From positions 1,364,001 through 1,428,000 of the forward strand of contig OZ025790.1 of assembly GCA_964019425.1 (NCBI GenBank): a stretch of DNA of 64,000 nt. Reading direction: 5' to 3'. Position numbers and translations under genes: made by a program. The DNA comes from Flectonema sp. DT1601 (Eukaryota). Each line of letters opens with the position of its first letter. The first letter of the stretch is position 1. Of this stretch, positions 45,505 through 56,879 are shown in pieces. A model generated the notes under the pieces. It saw only the letters and a program-made list of their open reading frames with translations, was not told the origin of the DNA and did not search any database.

Positions 45505-47067
45505 ATGGAAGCTCTTGACCTTTCGGTATCGGATACCAAGTTAGAAGAAACACTGCTGGATAGATTTGATACAGCAACAGAAGGGTTGGTACTCAATGAC
45601 GAAGGAGACTTCGAATCAAATGCTAACTTTCTTCAAACAATGATGAAGAAACAATACTGCAACGTCGACGCGTTAAATGAAGATGGTATGAAAAGGTTTT
45701 TCGCATCCCACAGAGTGTTGGCTGCGAGAATGTCTCGTGAAGTTGGATCGCTCTCTGTGAGATTCACCGTCCAGTACAACCTGTTCTCGGGTACTGTTAA
45801 CGCTCTCGGATCCCCTGATCAAATTAAATGGTTGAGAGAGAGTCACAACAAAGGAGAGTTAGGATGCTTCCTACTCACAGAAAAGGCTGCTGGTGTCCTT
45901 TCTGGACTCATCGTTGAGACCACTGCCGAATACACAAAAGACGGTTTTATCATCAACACACCAAATGACGACGCTGTTAAAGTCTGGATCAGTCAGGGAC
46001 TACTTGCAAAATGGGGAGTTGTAATCGCAAAATTAATCATAGACGGAATCGAACATGGCATTCACGGATTCATCGTTGACATGACTGACGGTAATATTGT
46101 AAAGGAAGACATGGGTAGGAAAACTGCATACAATTCACTCGATAATGCAAATGTGACGTTTAACAATGTTGTTGTGCCTCACAAGAACATGTTGACGAAG
46201 TTTGCGAGGATCAGCCAAGATGGAAAGTTTGAGTTCGACGGAGAAAAGCCGCCTTCTTTTATTAAAATAGCACAGAGACTGTTGAGCGGGAGGCTATGCA
46301 TCGCAGACAGCGCTGTTAAATTCTTTAGTGAATGTGTTTCAACGACTCAGAAGTACACTTCAACTAGAAAGGTTTGGGTAGAACCAACAAAACAAATAAC
46401 AATATCTGAACTCCCTTATGTGAAACAACTTTTTAACGAAGCCACTCAGTGCGCATCAGTTCACTCAAAATATCTATTACACCTGCAGAATGAATTTGCT
46501 CAAACTGCAAAGGCTGGAACAGAGCCAAGCAGAAAACTTCAGAATATGATCGCCGCAGCTAAGTCTGAGGCAGTTGACTTTGCGACTACCTGGTTGAGTA
46601 GAATTCGTTGTAAGGTTGGAAGCTATTCTTTAATGAAAGAATCACCATTTGGAACCAGCAGTGATATCTTATACTGCATGCGGTTTGCTGAAGGCGACAC
46701 GCATATTTTACAACAATCACTTGTGAGAGAAGTCATTAAAGAAAAGACAACACCGTTTGGGTTTGTTTCTCTTCTTCTTCAAGTATTCAAAGGATTTTTG
46801 ATAAGACACACCGGAATGATGTCCCCAGCAGGTCAACTTGCTCACAAAATGAATGTCTCTATATTATCGTTATTGATTTACATGAAATTAAACAGCCGTC
46901 GACTCGGACGTGTCGGGGCCTGGTATGCTGCTGGAGAACGTGTTTACAGCGTAGCAAAACTTGTGTCACTCAATTTGATTTATAAAACAGTCGTTCAAAG
47001 ATACGGTCATTCTGCGGAAACTGCGCAATTCGCGAGGGTATCAGTGAGAGATTGTGCAGCTCTGTAA
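45505..47067 (+). CDS. Acyl-CoA oxidase/dehydrogenase family flavoprotein
   Basis: FTVQYNLFSGTV, GCFLLTE, ETTAEY...FIINTP...KVWISQG, LDNA...F, RLLSGRLCIA, FAEGDTHILQQ. Confidence 0.9.
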   Translation: MEALDLSVSDTKLEETLLDRFDTATEGLVLNDEGDFESNANFLQTMMKKQYCNVDALNEDGMKRFFASHRVLAARMSREVGSLSVRFTVQYNLFSGTVNALGSPDQIKWLRESHNKGELGCFLLTEKAAGVLSGLIVETTAEYTKDGFIINTPNDDAVKVWISQGLLAKWGVVIAKLIIDGIEHGIHGFIVDMTDGNIVKEDMGRKTAYNSLDNANVTFNNVVVPHKNMLTKFARISQDGKFEFDGEKPPSFIKIAQRLLSGRLCIADSAVKFFSECVSTTQKYTSTRKVWVEPTKQITISELPYVKQLFNEATQCASVHSKYLLHLQNEFAQTAKAGTEPSRKLQNMIAAAKSEAVDFATTWLSRIRCKVGSYSLMKESPFGTSSDILYCMRFAEGDTHILQQSLVREVIKEKTTPFGFVSLLLQVFKGFLIRHTGMMSPAGQLAHKMNVSILSLLIYMKLNSRRLGRVGAWYAAGERVYSVAKLVSLNLIYKTVVQRYGHSAETAQFARVSVRDCAAL

Positions 47068-48959
47068 GATTGTTTTTTGAGTCGCCTCAAACGAAACTCC
47101 CTTTTTACTAACTAATGTTTATGTTGACATCTTGATAGTGTCCAAGTCTCTGCTGTTTTCGGCGAACACTTGTGTGACGCTTCACCTGTCTTACTGGCCA
47201 CGTGACTTCTTTCTTCATTTCTCCCCCTGTTTTCTTTGATTAACAACTACAAATATTTTCTCAGTCGGGTACTTGATATTAATTTTGTTTCTTAATACCA
47301 AAGTCAAAGTTTCACCCCCTTCTTCTTTCTTGAAAGACTAAAATGGAAACCTATAGTTGTTATTCCTCATGTTGATCGCTTGTGGGCTGGGCTGCGAAGC
47401 CGAATTTTCTTTTCTTTTTTTGTTGTTTCCACCACAACACGGTTTTATAAGGAGGTTAATAATCTATTTTTTTTTTTTTTTTTTCTCCTTCCTCCTGTGC
47501 AGTTATCTCCTTGTTAGGGATCGCCAAGTTTTTTTTTTTTTTTTTTTTAGGGAAAAAGGAAGTTTCTGAATTCGAATGTTTAAAAGCGTTTATTCAACAA
47601 AACCCCACGAACACTTAGACGTAAATACTTTTTGTTCGCATTGAGACGACGTGAAGGACGTTGCAAGTATTGTTTGATGGGCAGTGAATGCGTTTTTTTT
47701 TCTTTTTCTGTTTCTTTTCTTTTTTTCTTATTTTTTTTGAATAGGGAATTTTCGTGTTCAGTAATACTGTCGCGATCAACAAAAAAAAAGGCTTTTTATC
47801 TGAATAGTTTTTTCCTATGGGATCCGTTTTTTTTTTCCTCTTTTTTTGCAAACGTCTACGATGAGAACTGGTGGGCTCTACCTTTGCAAAAAACGTCTGG
47901 TTATTTATTTTGAGACTTTTTTATCTTTTTTTTTCTTCTTGTGAAGTGTGTTGTATTGGGGGACAATTAAAAATATAAAAAGGGTGGTTTTTTTTTTTTA
48001 TTCTTAATGAGGTAGATTTAATCGTGGTTTTTTTTTCTTCTTTTTGTTTATTTTTTTTATTATTTTGCATTTAACAAGTATTGTAAGAACGAAAAAGAAT
48101 GTTGGGCAGCACACGTAAACCTCCTTTAGCTTTATCAGTTTAAAGTCGGTTCACGAGTTTCGTGACACAAACAAAAAATCACAGTTGTCATATTATTATT
48201 TTCTGTATAGTCGAAGATAAAGCCAATTCTTTTTTTTTTTTTTTGGGAATTCCTGCTTGGCAAAAAAAAAAAAAAATATAAACGAAATAAAATAAAATAA
48301 AATAAAGCAATTATCAACTGTTGAGATCTAAGAAGGAAAAAAAACCTTTTATCCCCCAACTCTGCTGTCCCATACCAAACCAATACGAGGATTTCTTTTT
48401 TGTGTTTGTTTTAAGTTACTTCTTGTCTTCTTAATGTTCTCCTTTACTGTAAAACTTTGTTCTTTTTTTTTTCAAAGTTTCGGGGAGATAATTTTTTTTT
48501 TTTTTTTTTGTTCTTCCAACAATAAGTTTTTTTTTTTTTTTTTTGTACCCACAAAAAACCTATTGTTCGGTTGAAAGAGCAACTGACTCTATATTAATAT
48601 TAACTGTTGCGTGCCAACAAAAAGTGTGTTGTTGAATAAAAAAAAAATATCATTTCATTTCATTTCATTTCTTTTAATTTTTTTTTTGCACCGACACAAA
48701 AAGTCGGAGAAGAAACTATTCAGATTAAGAGCCGTTTTATTTATTATATCAAAATTTTATCTATTTTTTCCCCTGAACTTTTTCATGTATTTCTGTCCGC
48801 GATCAACAAAAAAAAAAAAAATGACTGGTGTTGACCTGCATATAAAAGTAGACCCCCCTGAGCCAGTTAACCCTTAAGGCTGCTGCTGTTTCTTATTTTA
48901 TTTTATATGTTTTTTTTAAATCTCAGTAACAAAAATATAGCAAAAAAAGAAAAAAAAAA

Positions 48960-50024
48960 ATGACTGAAGCCCTCCCGATTAGAGTAGCTGAGTTCTACAG
49001 TGGAATTGGTGGTGCCCGTACTGGAGTTGAGAAATGGGCAGCTGAAAGTAACACCGAGATTGTAGTAGTTGCCAGCTACGACATGAATGACCAGGCAAAC
49101 AGAGTTTACGAATCAGTGTTCAAACACAAAGTCAGATCTAAGGGGATTGAACATTTAAAAATTGAGGAAATAAAAAAATGCAAAGCCGACATGTGGCTGT
49201 TAAGCCCTCCATGTCAACCTTTTACCTTAGGAGGAGGAAGACGTTCAGCTACTGGCGATAGTGATAACCGATGCAAGTCTTTCACTCACATTGTAAAAAT
49301 ACTTTCTGATCTCTCTGAGGAGTCTCAACCACGCTGGATAATAATTGAAAATGTGAGTCAGTTTGCTGAATCTGAGACGGTTTTGGCATTCAAAAATGTC
49401 CTCGTCGCTGCTCACTATAATCATAAAGAAGTAATTACGTCTCCCATATCTGTGGGGATTCCGTACCAGAGAAAAAGGTATTATTTATTATGTTCAAAAA
49501 CATCTGAAATTGAAGATTTTTCGAATTTCTTAAGCCGAACTCGTCCAGACCTTTCAAAACCACCATCCCTCAGCAGCTTTTTAAAATCTCGTCAGGTTGA
49601 CATCGAGATTGGTCATAAAGATGAAAAATTACTTGTCCCGGAATCGATCTTCAATGATCATAAAACTTTCATGTTTGACGTAGTATCTGGTAACAGTACG
49701 TCGTGTTCATGTTTTACTAAGGGATACTCAAAGAACTATAAAGGTTCAGGAAGCCTTTTGCTACTACCAAACCCAACCTCATCACTGAAACGATCAAAAC
49801 CAGACGAAGAGTCGATGTGGATATCTGGAGCAGAAATCATTTCATCTGGTGCGCTAATTAGATACTTCTCTCCTGATGAGTTGTTGGCTCTGCATGGTTT
49901 TCATGACTTGTTTAGATTCCCAGAAGGGATGACAAACATTCAGAAATATCGATTGATTGGTAACTCTCTCTCATGTGATGTTCATCAAATGCTTACAAAG
50001 TGTCTGATAGAAGGAAAGGAATAG
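48960..50024 (+). CDS. DNMT2: DNMT2/TRDMT1 tRNA cytosine-38 methyltransferase
   Basis: EFYSGIGG, SPPCQPFT, IENV, QRKRYY, DNMT2-type CFTKGY...GSGS, RYFSPDE, YRLIGNSL. Confidence 0.92.
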   Translation: MTEALPIRVAEFYSGIGGARTGVEKWAAESNTEIVVVASYDMNDQANRVYESVFKHKVRSKGIEHLKIEEIKKCKADMWLLSPPCQPFTLGGGRRSATGDSDNRCKSFTHIVKILSDLSEESQPRWIIIENVSQFAESETVLAFKNVLVAAHYNHKEVITSPISVGIPYQRKRYYLLCSKTSEIEDFSNFLSRTRPDLSKPPSLSSFLKSRQVDIEIGHKDEKLLVPESIFNDHKTFMFDVVSGNSTSCSCFTKGYSKNYKGSGSLLLLPNPTSSLKRSKPDEESMWISGAEIISSGALIRYFSPDELLALHGFHDLFRFPEGMTNIQKYRLIGNSLSCDVHQMLTKCLIEGKE

Positions 50025-50297
50025 AAACCCTTTTATGTTTGGGGGACTATTCCTTTTCTTCAACGTGGTATACTAGGAAGCCTTGTACTAACCTCGACAC
50101 AAGATACTTCTCTTCTGACTCTGATTACCAGACGGGAAGGCAACTGGAATCGATTAATTAAGGGAATCTCTCTTTATTTGGCGCGATTTCTTTTTTTGTT
50201 TTTTTTCTGCGCTGCCGTGTTTTTGTTGTCGTCTCTTCAGCTTGAATTTCTTTTTTTTTTTTTTTCCCGCAGTTAGTTCCATTTTTTTTTTTTTGTA

Positions 50298-51751
50298 ATG
50301 ACGTTTTCTGAGCTTTATGAGAAGTGGGTTGCCGCGAATAAGTGTTTGGCCTTAGCTGATGAAGAAGCAGAAATGATTGGAAAATACAGAAGGTGTTCGA
50401 AGGGAGTTCACAGCCTTCCGAAACTACCGATTGAAGCGTATAATTGCCTGCTGCCATACTTGGAAATATATAATTCAGAATGGAAGGATAATTTATTTGA
50501 ATCATTAAAACTGTTACAAACTAAGAAAGATGATCATAATTACTTTGATGAATCTGATACGATACTCGACAGACTACAAGAAGTTAAAAAACACATTTTG
50601 ACTAAACACGCTGACAGGTTTGTTTTGTTATTTTCACTTGACTTTCATTATTCGAATTAATTAAAAAGAACAAAAAAAAAAACAGATTTGCTAGCTTTGC
50701 AGTCTACAGAAGGTGTTTTGGTTTACCTCATTCCAAGAACGATGACTCAAAGATATGCCTTCCTGAAGAGGAAGTTGTAAGAAAACTTCTATTAAAAGTT
50801 ACTCAGGAACTGCAACTTCAGCATCACCGATGGTCTTTTGCATCAAAGTGGTTGAAACTAAACGATAAAATAATTCACACGTCATGTTTTGAATTAGCAA
50901 ATACTGTCAAGCAACTGTTGACACCTGTTGAAGATGAAGCGGCTTCTTTTGCTGTTAGGCACCCAGACGATCCTCTTGTGACAAGAATAATAACTGAATT
51001 AACATTTATATCAACACGTTACAAACTAATAGCGAATTTGGGATCTCCTTCTGTGACAAAATCTGACTGTAAGCACATGTTCCTCTCTCTTGGACTTCCT
51101 TTTGACAGTACTGTTTCTGATGATTACGCTCAGTCTGTTACCTTTCACCAAGCAATTACTCTTGGATTATTTAAAACAAGTAGAATGCGTGGATACATTT
51201 GGGAGGACAACTCAATTGACGACACAGCATCGGCGATAGAAGCAGCTGAAAAGGTTGTTGAGAAGTGGAGACAGCAAAAGATTGAACAAGAACGACAGGA
51301 AGCTGCAGAGAAAGAGCTCCGAGAGAAGATCGGAAGAGAAACAGGATGTGAAAAGATTAAATCTCTTCTTCAATGTGCCACTCACGAAGTGGGCCAGCGA
51401 ATGGGACAGAGACTCTGGACAATTGCAGAAAGAGAATCAGCAATGACGGAACACAGATGGGCTGGCTGTGAATTATGCAACGCAAATCACATGCACTTTG
51501 TAGCCGTCCCACTAACGAAGGGAAGCACGCCTGCTCTTATCTTATGTGAAGCATGTCTTCCTGAGTACCAATCTCCTGTAATTGCAAGGAATTATGTGTG
51601 GCTCAGTATCACAGATGTCATTGACAGAAATTTAGAGTCGTCAATCACAGTCAAGGAGCTGGCAGCTGCTGCTGCAAAGTCTACGCCACTCCTGTTACAA
51701 ATGAATGCTACAATCTTAAAAGAATCAGTCTCAGAAAGTATTGTAGCTTAA
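50298..51751 (+). CDS. Uncharacterised protein with C-terminal CxxC...CxxC, exons 50298-50617 and 50686-51751
   Basis: GTTTGT...AACAG phase-2 intron joins two ORFs in frame; CELC and CEAC motifs. Confidence 0.7.
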
Positions 51752-52895
51752 TGTTATATTTACACACATTTTTCACTTGATTTTGTTTGAGTGTAATATG
51801 ATCAAGATTACATTTCCCCCCGACAGCACATATGGCAATTTTTCAGCACGTAGGTGAAACCTACACTCTGTCATTGAATAACTCGATTACTGAATGACAA
51901 CACAGATGTGTATGCAGCTAAGTTAGAAACATTTACTGTAACCATAAATAACACGGTGTATAAAAAATTTGGAGTATAACAACTTTGGATATAATAAAGA
52001 TGGTGGATTTGGCCATTTTTTGGCGATTTGGAGACTTTTTATACGCCATGATATTTATAGTTACAGTATTATAATGTTAAGTATTTACATCAATTACAGA
52101 GTGTTTACCAATACTAACATTACCTTAGTCACACACATAAGCGTGAATTGAATAGCCCAAAAAAGGACAACATATCCACAAATAACGTTGTTTAGCTGGT
52201 TGCACACCAGTCTCTAGAGATGGCTGTTGATGCAGTCTAAACGAGAACTAGGGAGTTCCCTTCTCCAATCTTTGTAACAGCCTAGCCATACTTAACTTCA
52301 GTTACAGTTGGCAATTCAAGTTTTGGGTTCTTTATCATAAGCTGTTCTTGCACACAAAAAACCAGCCATGATAGCATTTTTGTAATGCTACTATCCACGC
52401 TTCAAAAGCTCCAACAAGTCCCAGCAAGTCTAACTGAGTATCATGTTCATCATGTCAAGTTCGAATCCCGGTGAAGGCTATAAGTGACTCTCTTTTAGTG
52501 ATAGGCAGCCCCCTGAACGAAGCTGTGAGGGAGTTTTAGAGATTAAGACTGTACTCTACACAGGATCTGTTTTTGAGTACATTCGTGTTGGAGTTTACAT
52601 AACCCAGCACAGGCCAAAGCTGGATGATGACGTAGACCAGCACTGTGCCGCATGAGCATTGCGATGATTGCATACGATGCGTCAAGTTTCACCTTGACAA
52701 GCACAGTCTGGTCACTTACAGCTTTTTTAATAATCAGGTGGGTCTTCCTTTGAAAGTTGACTTTTCAAATTTTATGATTTGAATTAAAATAAAGTAAATT
52801 ACTCGTCCAGTTCGATTCCCCGTGAAGTATAGTTTTCTTCCTAGAATAAAGGATCCGACGTCTGCGGGGTAAGTGAAGTTGTCCTTTTCAAGTTC

Positions 52896-53085
52896 ATACC
52901 TTCTCGGCCTTTTGGCTAAGATCAAGTGTAGTATCTGTTCTTATCAGCTTAATATCTGATATGACACCTTGTGTGTCAACGATATTATAGTAATTTCTTG
53001 TTGGGGTGTCGGGTAGCTTGGGGCAACTCAGGTCCGGCACAAGTGTTGCCCTGGAGCTGCACCACATCCAGGAGTGGCACACCCA
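52896..53085 (+). ncRNA. U2: U2 spliceosomal snRNA
   Basis: ATACCTTCTCGGCCTTTTGGCTAAGATCAAGTGTAGTATCTGTTCTTATCAG 5' end; stems IIa/IIb; Sm-like AATTTCTTG; 3' stem-loop CCTGGA-GCTGCACCACA-TCCAGG; followed by TTTTT. Confidence 0.95.
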
Positions 53086-53456
53086 TTTTTAATTAAAGTA
53101 GAAGACAAAGTCTCTTTTGAAATTTGAGAAGTTTCAGCACCGTGAAGAAGAAAAATCTCTTCTTCACATAGTACTGAATGCTGTGTTTCCCAATTAATTG
53201 TGAGGGAAATTTCCCAGATTTGGTTCCGTTGGAGTCACAATGAATGTGATTCGACGCAACTGTTGATCGAGAGTTCTGGTCAGTCGTTCTCTCGAGTTCT
53301 GATCAATCTACTGCACTATTCAAGAATCGAAAGCTGCTTTTCAGTTTTTCCTTATTACTTTACGATTGTTGCCGCCGTTTTGAACACTTCAGCAATTTTA
53401 ATAAATATTTTTGTCTTTCAGTAGATTACTAAAAAAAAGAAGCAAATAAAACAACA

Positions 53457-54599
53457 ATGCAAGTTTTTGTGACGTGTCCGGATTTAGGACTCCCTGCGGT
53501 GTCAGTCACAGTTGGTGCTGATTCTGTTGTGAGCGACGTGTTGACGACAGCGGCTGACGAGTGGGATGTCGATGCGGATGAAGTTGAACTGTCGTTCGCT
53601 GGTGATGCCCTTTGCGAAAATGAGCGGTTAGTAGATTATGGAGTGGGTGCAAACAGCGAGTTGGAAATGCGGAAGAAGCTGGTTCGGATCTTCGGTAAAA
53701 ACTGGTTTGTTGATGATAGAAAAAGGGAGAAGCTGCTTCTTTGGATGAAAGACCACATTACGGAGGATTTATGTCTGGACACTCCCACATTCTCAGAAGA
53801 TGGTTGCCTCACTATAGACAAAGGGTTGCTTCCTTCAGATGCCAAACGGATTTCCTTCCGCTATTCAAACTCCAACAGCAAGGTCATCTCACAAGTTGCT
53901 TTTATTGGAGATAATTTCTTGTCTCGTTGTTCACAAATAAGTTTTGTTGACCTTTCCGGTCTTAATAGTGTTTCTAGTATTGGACATGATTTTTTGGCTC
54001 TCTGTTTACACATCACTTCTGTTGACCTTTCCGGTCTTAGTGGTGTCACCAGTATTGGAAGTAGCTTTTTAGCTCACTGTATACAAATAAGTTTTATTGA
54101 CCTTTCAGGTCTTAGTAGTGTCACCAGTATTGGAAGTGATTTTTTGTCTAATTGTTCACACATCACTTCTCTTGACTTTTCAGGTCTTAGTAGTGTCACC
54201 AGTATTGGGAATTATTTTTTGTATTGTTCACATATCACTTCTCTTGACCTTTCCGGTCTTAGTGGTGTCACCAGTATTGGAAATACTTTTTTAGCTAACT
54301 GTAAACAAATTAATTTTGTTAGCCTTTCAGGTCTTAGTGGTGTCACCAGTATTGGAAATCATTTCTTGTCTAAGTCTTCAGAAATCACTTCACTTGACCT
54401 TTCGGGTCTTAGTAGTGTCACCAGTATTGGAGATGATTTTTTGTTTCGTTGTTCAAGAATCACTTCTCTTGACCTTTCCGGTCTTAGTAGTGTTTCCAGT
54501 TCAGTTATTAAAAGAAGTACTTGGGAGTTACAAAAAAAAACTGTTACGGTGACACAGTCAAGTGGAGCTCAATCGGGTGTTGTAATTGAGGGGATGTGA
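53457..54599 (+). CDS. Ubiquitin-like N-terminal domain + BspA-type leucine-rich repeats
   Basis: About eight ~24-aa repeats LSGLSSVTSIGxxFLxxCxxITSLD; N-terminal LSFAGDAL...LVDYGV UBL-like pattern. Confidence 0.85.
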   Translation: MQVFVTCPDLGLPAVSVTVGADSVVSDVLTTAADEWDVDADEVELSFAGDALCENERLVDYGVGANSELEMRKKLVRIFGKNWFVDDRKREKLLLWMKDHITEDLCLDTPTFSEDGCLTIDKGLLPSDAKRISFRYSNSNSKVISQVAFIGDNFLSRCSQISFVDLSGLNSVSSIGHDFLALCLHITSVDLSGLSGVTSIGSSFLAHCIQISFIDLSGLSSVTSIGSDFLSNCSHITSLDFSGLSSVTSIGNYFLYCSHITSLDLSGLSGVTSIGNTFLANCKQINFVSLSGLSGVTSIGNHFLSKSSEITSLDLSGLSSVTSIGDDFLFRCSRITSLDLSGLSSVSSSVIKRSTWELQKKTVTVTQSSGAQSGVVIEGM

Positions 54600-55242
54600 G
54601 CAATATTATCTCATGTCATTTATTTATTTCTCTACTCAATAATGTCAAAGTTTATTTCTGTTTTTACATTAAGAAGATCGTCACATCAATGTTTTAGAAG
54701 CAGATGCTCTCGGGGGGCAGACGCTTAAGAAGATTGAGAGGAGCAGATCATCACTCCACTTGGGTAGATAATACCACAGTCTGTGATGCTTTTAGATAAA
54801 AGATGTGTGTTCGCTCACACATTCTTATCAAGTGTTTACTGGTTGCCATTGACTACCTTTTATTTTTAAAGTGTTCCCATTCCCTGACATGGGTAATCAC
54901 AAAAGCTAAACCCTGCTGATGTCCCTTCCCGAGAGGAAGTCTCCAACAGAAAGAGGCAGACAGTTTAGATACTACGAAGTAGTGACCTCGATAGTTTTAT
55001 AATGCGAGTTAACTTACTTATATTTTCTCTCTTCTTTGCCAGGTGCATACAACGATAGAATGCTAATTATTATTTTTTTTTAATTAGAGATTTCATGCAC
55101 CAGTTAATATGAATTTCCTTTTGAAATTTGGGTTTGCATTTAAGAAAGAAGGCTGACAAAGGAAAGAGAGTTTTAATGCGACGAGTTATCACTTCTGTTC
55201 GTCCAGTTAGATTTCTACCTGGTTTTCTTCCTTTTCAAGTTC

Positions 55243-55347
55243 ATACCTTCTCGGCCTTTTGGCTAAGATCAAGTGTAGTATCTGTTCTTATCAGCTTAAT
55301 ATCTGATATGACACCTTGTGTGTCATATCAGATATTATAGTAATTTC
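55243..55347 (+). pseudogene. 3'-truncated U2 snRNA copy
   Basis: Identical to U2 for the first ~83 nt, ends within the Sm site; upstream flank partly shared with that of the full gene. Confidence 0.9.
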
Positions 55348-55727
55348 ATAAGTCTTACTTTGCAACAGGTATTGTCGAGTGAGGAAAGTATCAATTAACG
55401 TCACTGTAACAGATGCAAAGATGATTAGGTCGATTCAAAAAAATGTATGTCGTTCGGGCACAGCAGGTCACTATGTCTGTTTTCCTTAGAAAAATATTGC
55501 AGGGACTCAACGTTCAATCAGTCCTGCGCGTACGTTCTAACGCAAAAGGGATGTTATCGCTGCTCCACACATTACAATTTAACGACTCATGGCCTCTAAT
55601 AATGTAAAAAAAAAAAGTAGCCCTGCTTCTTTCACCTTTTGATGTTATTATTGTTTTTAAAGTTTTTAGGTTTATTTATTTATTTATTTTATATTTTTTT
55701 AAATTCGTATAAAACAGGCACAAAAAG

Positions 55728-56879
55728 ATGACGCGTCGCCTAAGTGGGCGATGGAAGATTGTAATTGTGGTATGCTTGCTTGTCTTACTTCAGCAACCAA
55801 TAATGGATGAGCTTGATGATGGGCTTCTGGATCAAAGTGTCACAGGTAAGATTATGGTTATATATTCAATGAAAGAATTCCCTTTATTTGACTTACGAGT
55901 TCAAGGGATGTTCGCTGATGTAATGCATGTCGTTGGTGCAATACGATACGGACAAAAAGAAGGGGCGTTAGGTGTTCGAGTATACTTCGATACTGAAATG
56001 TATACAAACAAGACTGGAGACAACTATTGGTCGTACTATTTCGATCCGGAGATAAGACTTCAAAATTTTACAGATGCTCAACTTATAGAAGAAGTCCACT
56101 TTAATAGATACCTCGCTCGTTTTGGAAAATTTGGAACTTTTTCGAACGTTGCTCAGGGAAAACGGAAATTATCATCGACCCCTTTCCCATTGCCTTCAAA
56201 GCAATGTGGAAAACCTTGCGGTGTTGAGGCTCTAAGTCGGGTTGTTAGGAAATATATAAAACCCCGTTCTGTGGTGTTGGAGAAGGTTGACGCTTTTAAA
56301 ATTCGTAAGAAATTTAATAACAAATTTGTCATTGGCGTCCACTACAGGGGAACTGACATGAAATTAAAGAGAAATACGAATCCTTCTTACGAATTCTTTG
56401 CATCGGAAATCGACAGGGTTATCTCGACCTTAGCAGGCAGGGAATACTTAATATTCCTCGCCAGTGATGAGGCTGAAATCGTACCTTGGATGGTAAAAAG
56501 GTACGGCTCTACAGTAGTCTTTAACGACGAGTACAACACTAGACTAAATAAAGAAGAGGTAGTAGCTTCAGGGGATATACAAGGAGCACATATGAGTGAG
56601 AAATTTACACCTTACGAAAAAGGGATATCCGTATGTTAGTTAATATTAAAATTTTTATGATGAGGAAAAAAAAAAAACAAAAACAAAACAAACCAGGTTG
56701 TTACTGACTGCTTTCTTCTAGCGAGTGCCGACTATATAATAAAGGGGAGGTCAAGTGTATCGGATATCGCCTTGTTGCTTAATAAAGATGAGAAAGTTAA
56801 TTTTACGTTCATCTTGAGTGATAAGGAAATATGGCAATTCTCAGGTGACAAACTCTTGCATTCGGGTCCTTATACATAA
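55728..56879 (+). CDS. NodZ/GT23-like fucosyltransferase with N-terminal membrane anchor, exons 55728-56630 and 56697-56879
   Basis: IGVHYRGTD, IFLASDE, and after splicing DCFLLASADYIIKGRSSVS; GDNYWSYYF. Confidence 0.8.

Noticed and set aside
48090..48170. Minus-strand hammerhead in the 170-bp dispersed repeat
   Set aside because: CTGATAA core is non-canonical and stems II and III do not pair
52399..52479. tRNA gene upstream of U2
   Set aside because: T-loop/B-box GTTCGAATCC is present but D and anticodon arms cannot be formed; at most a relic
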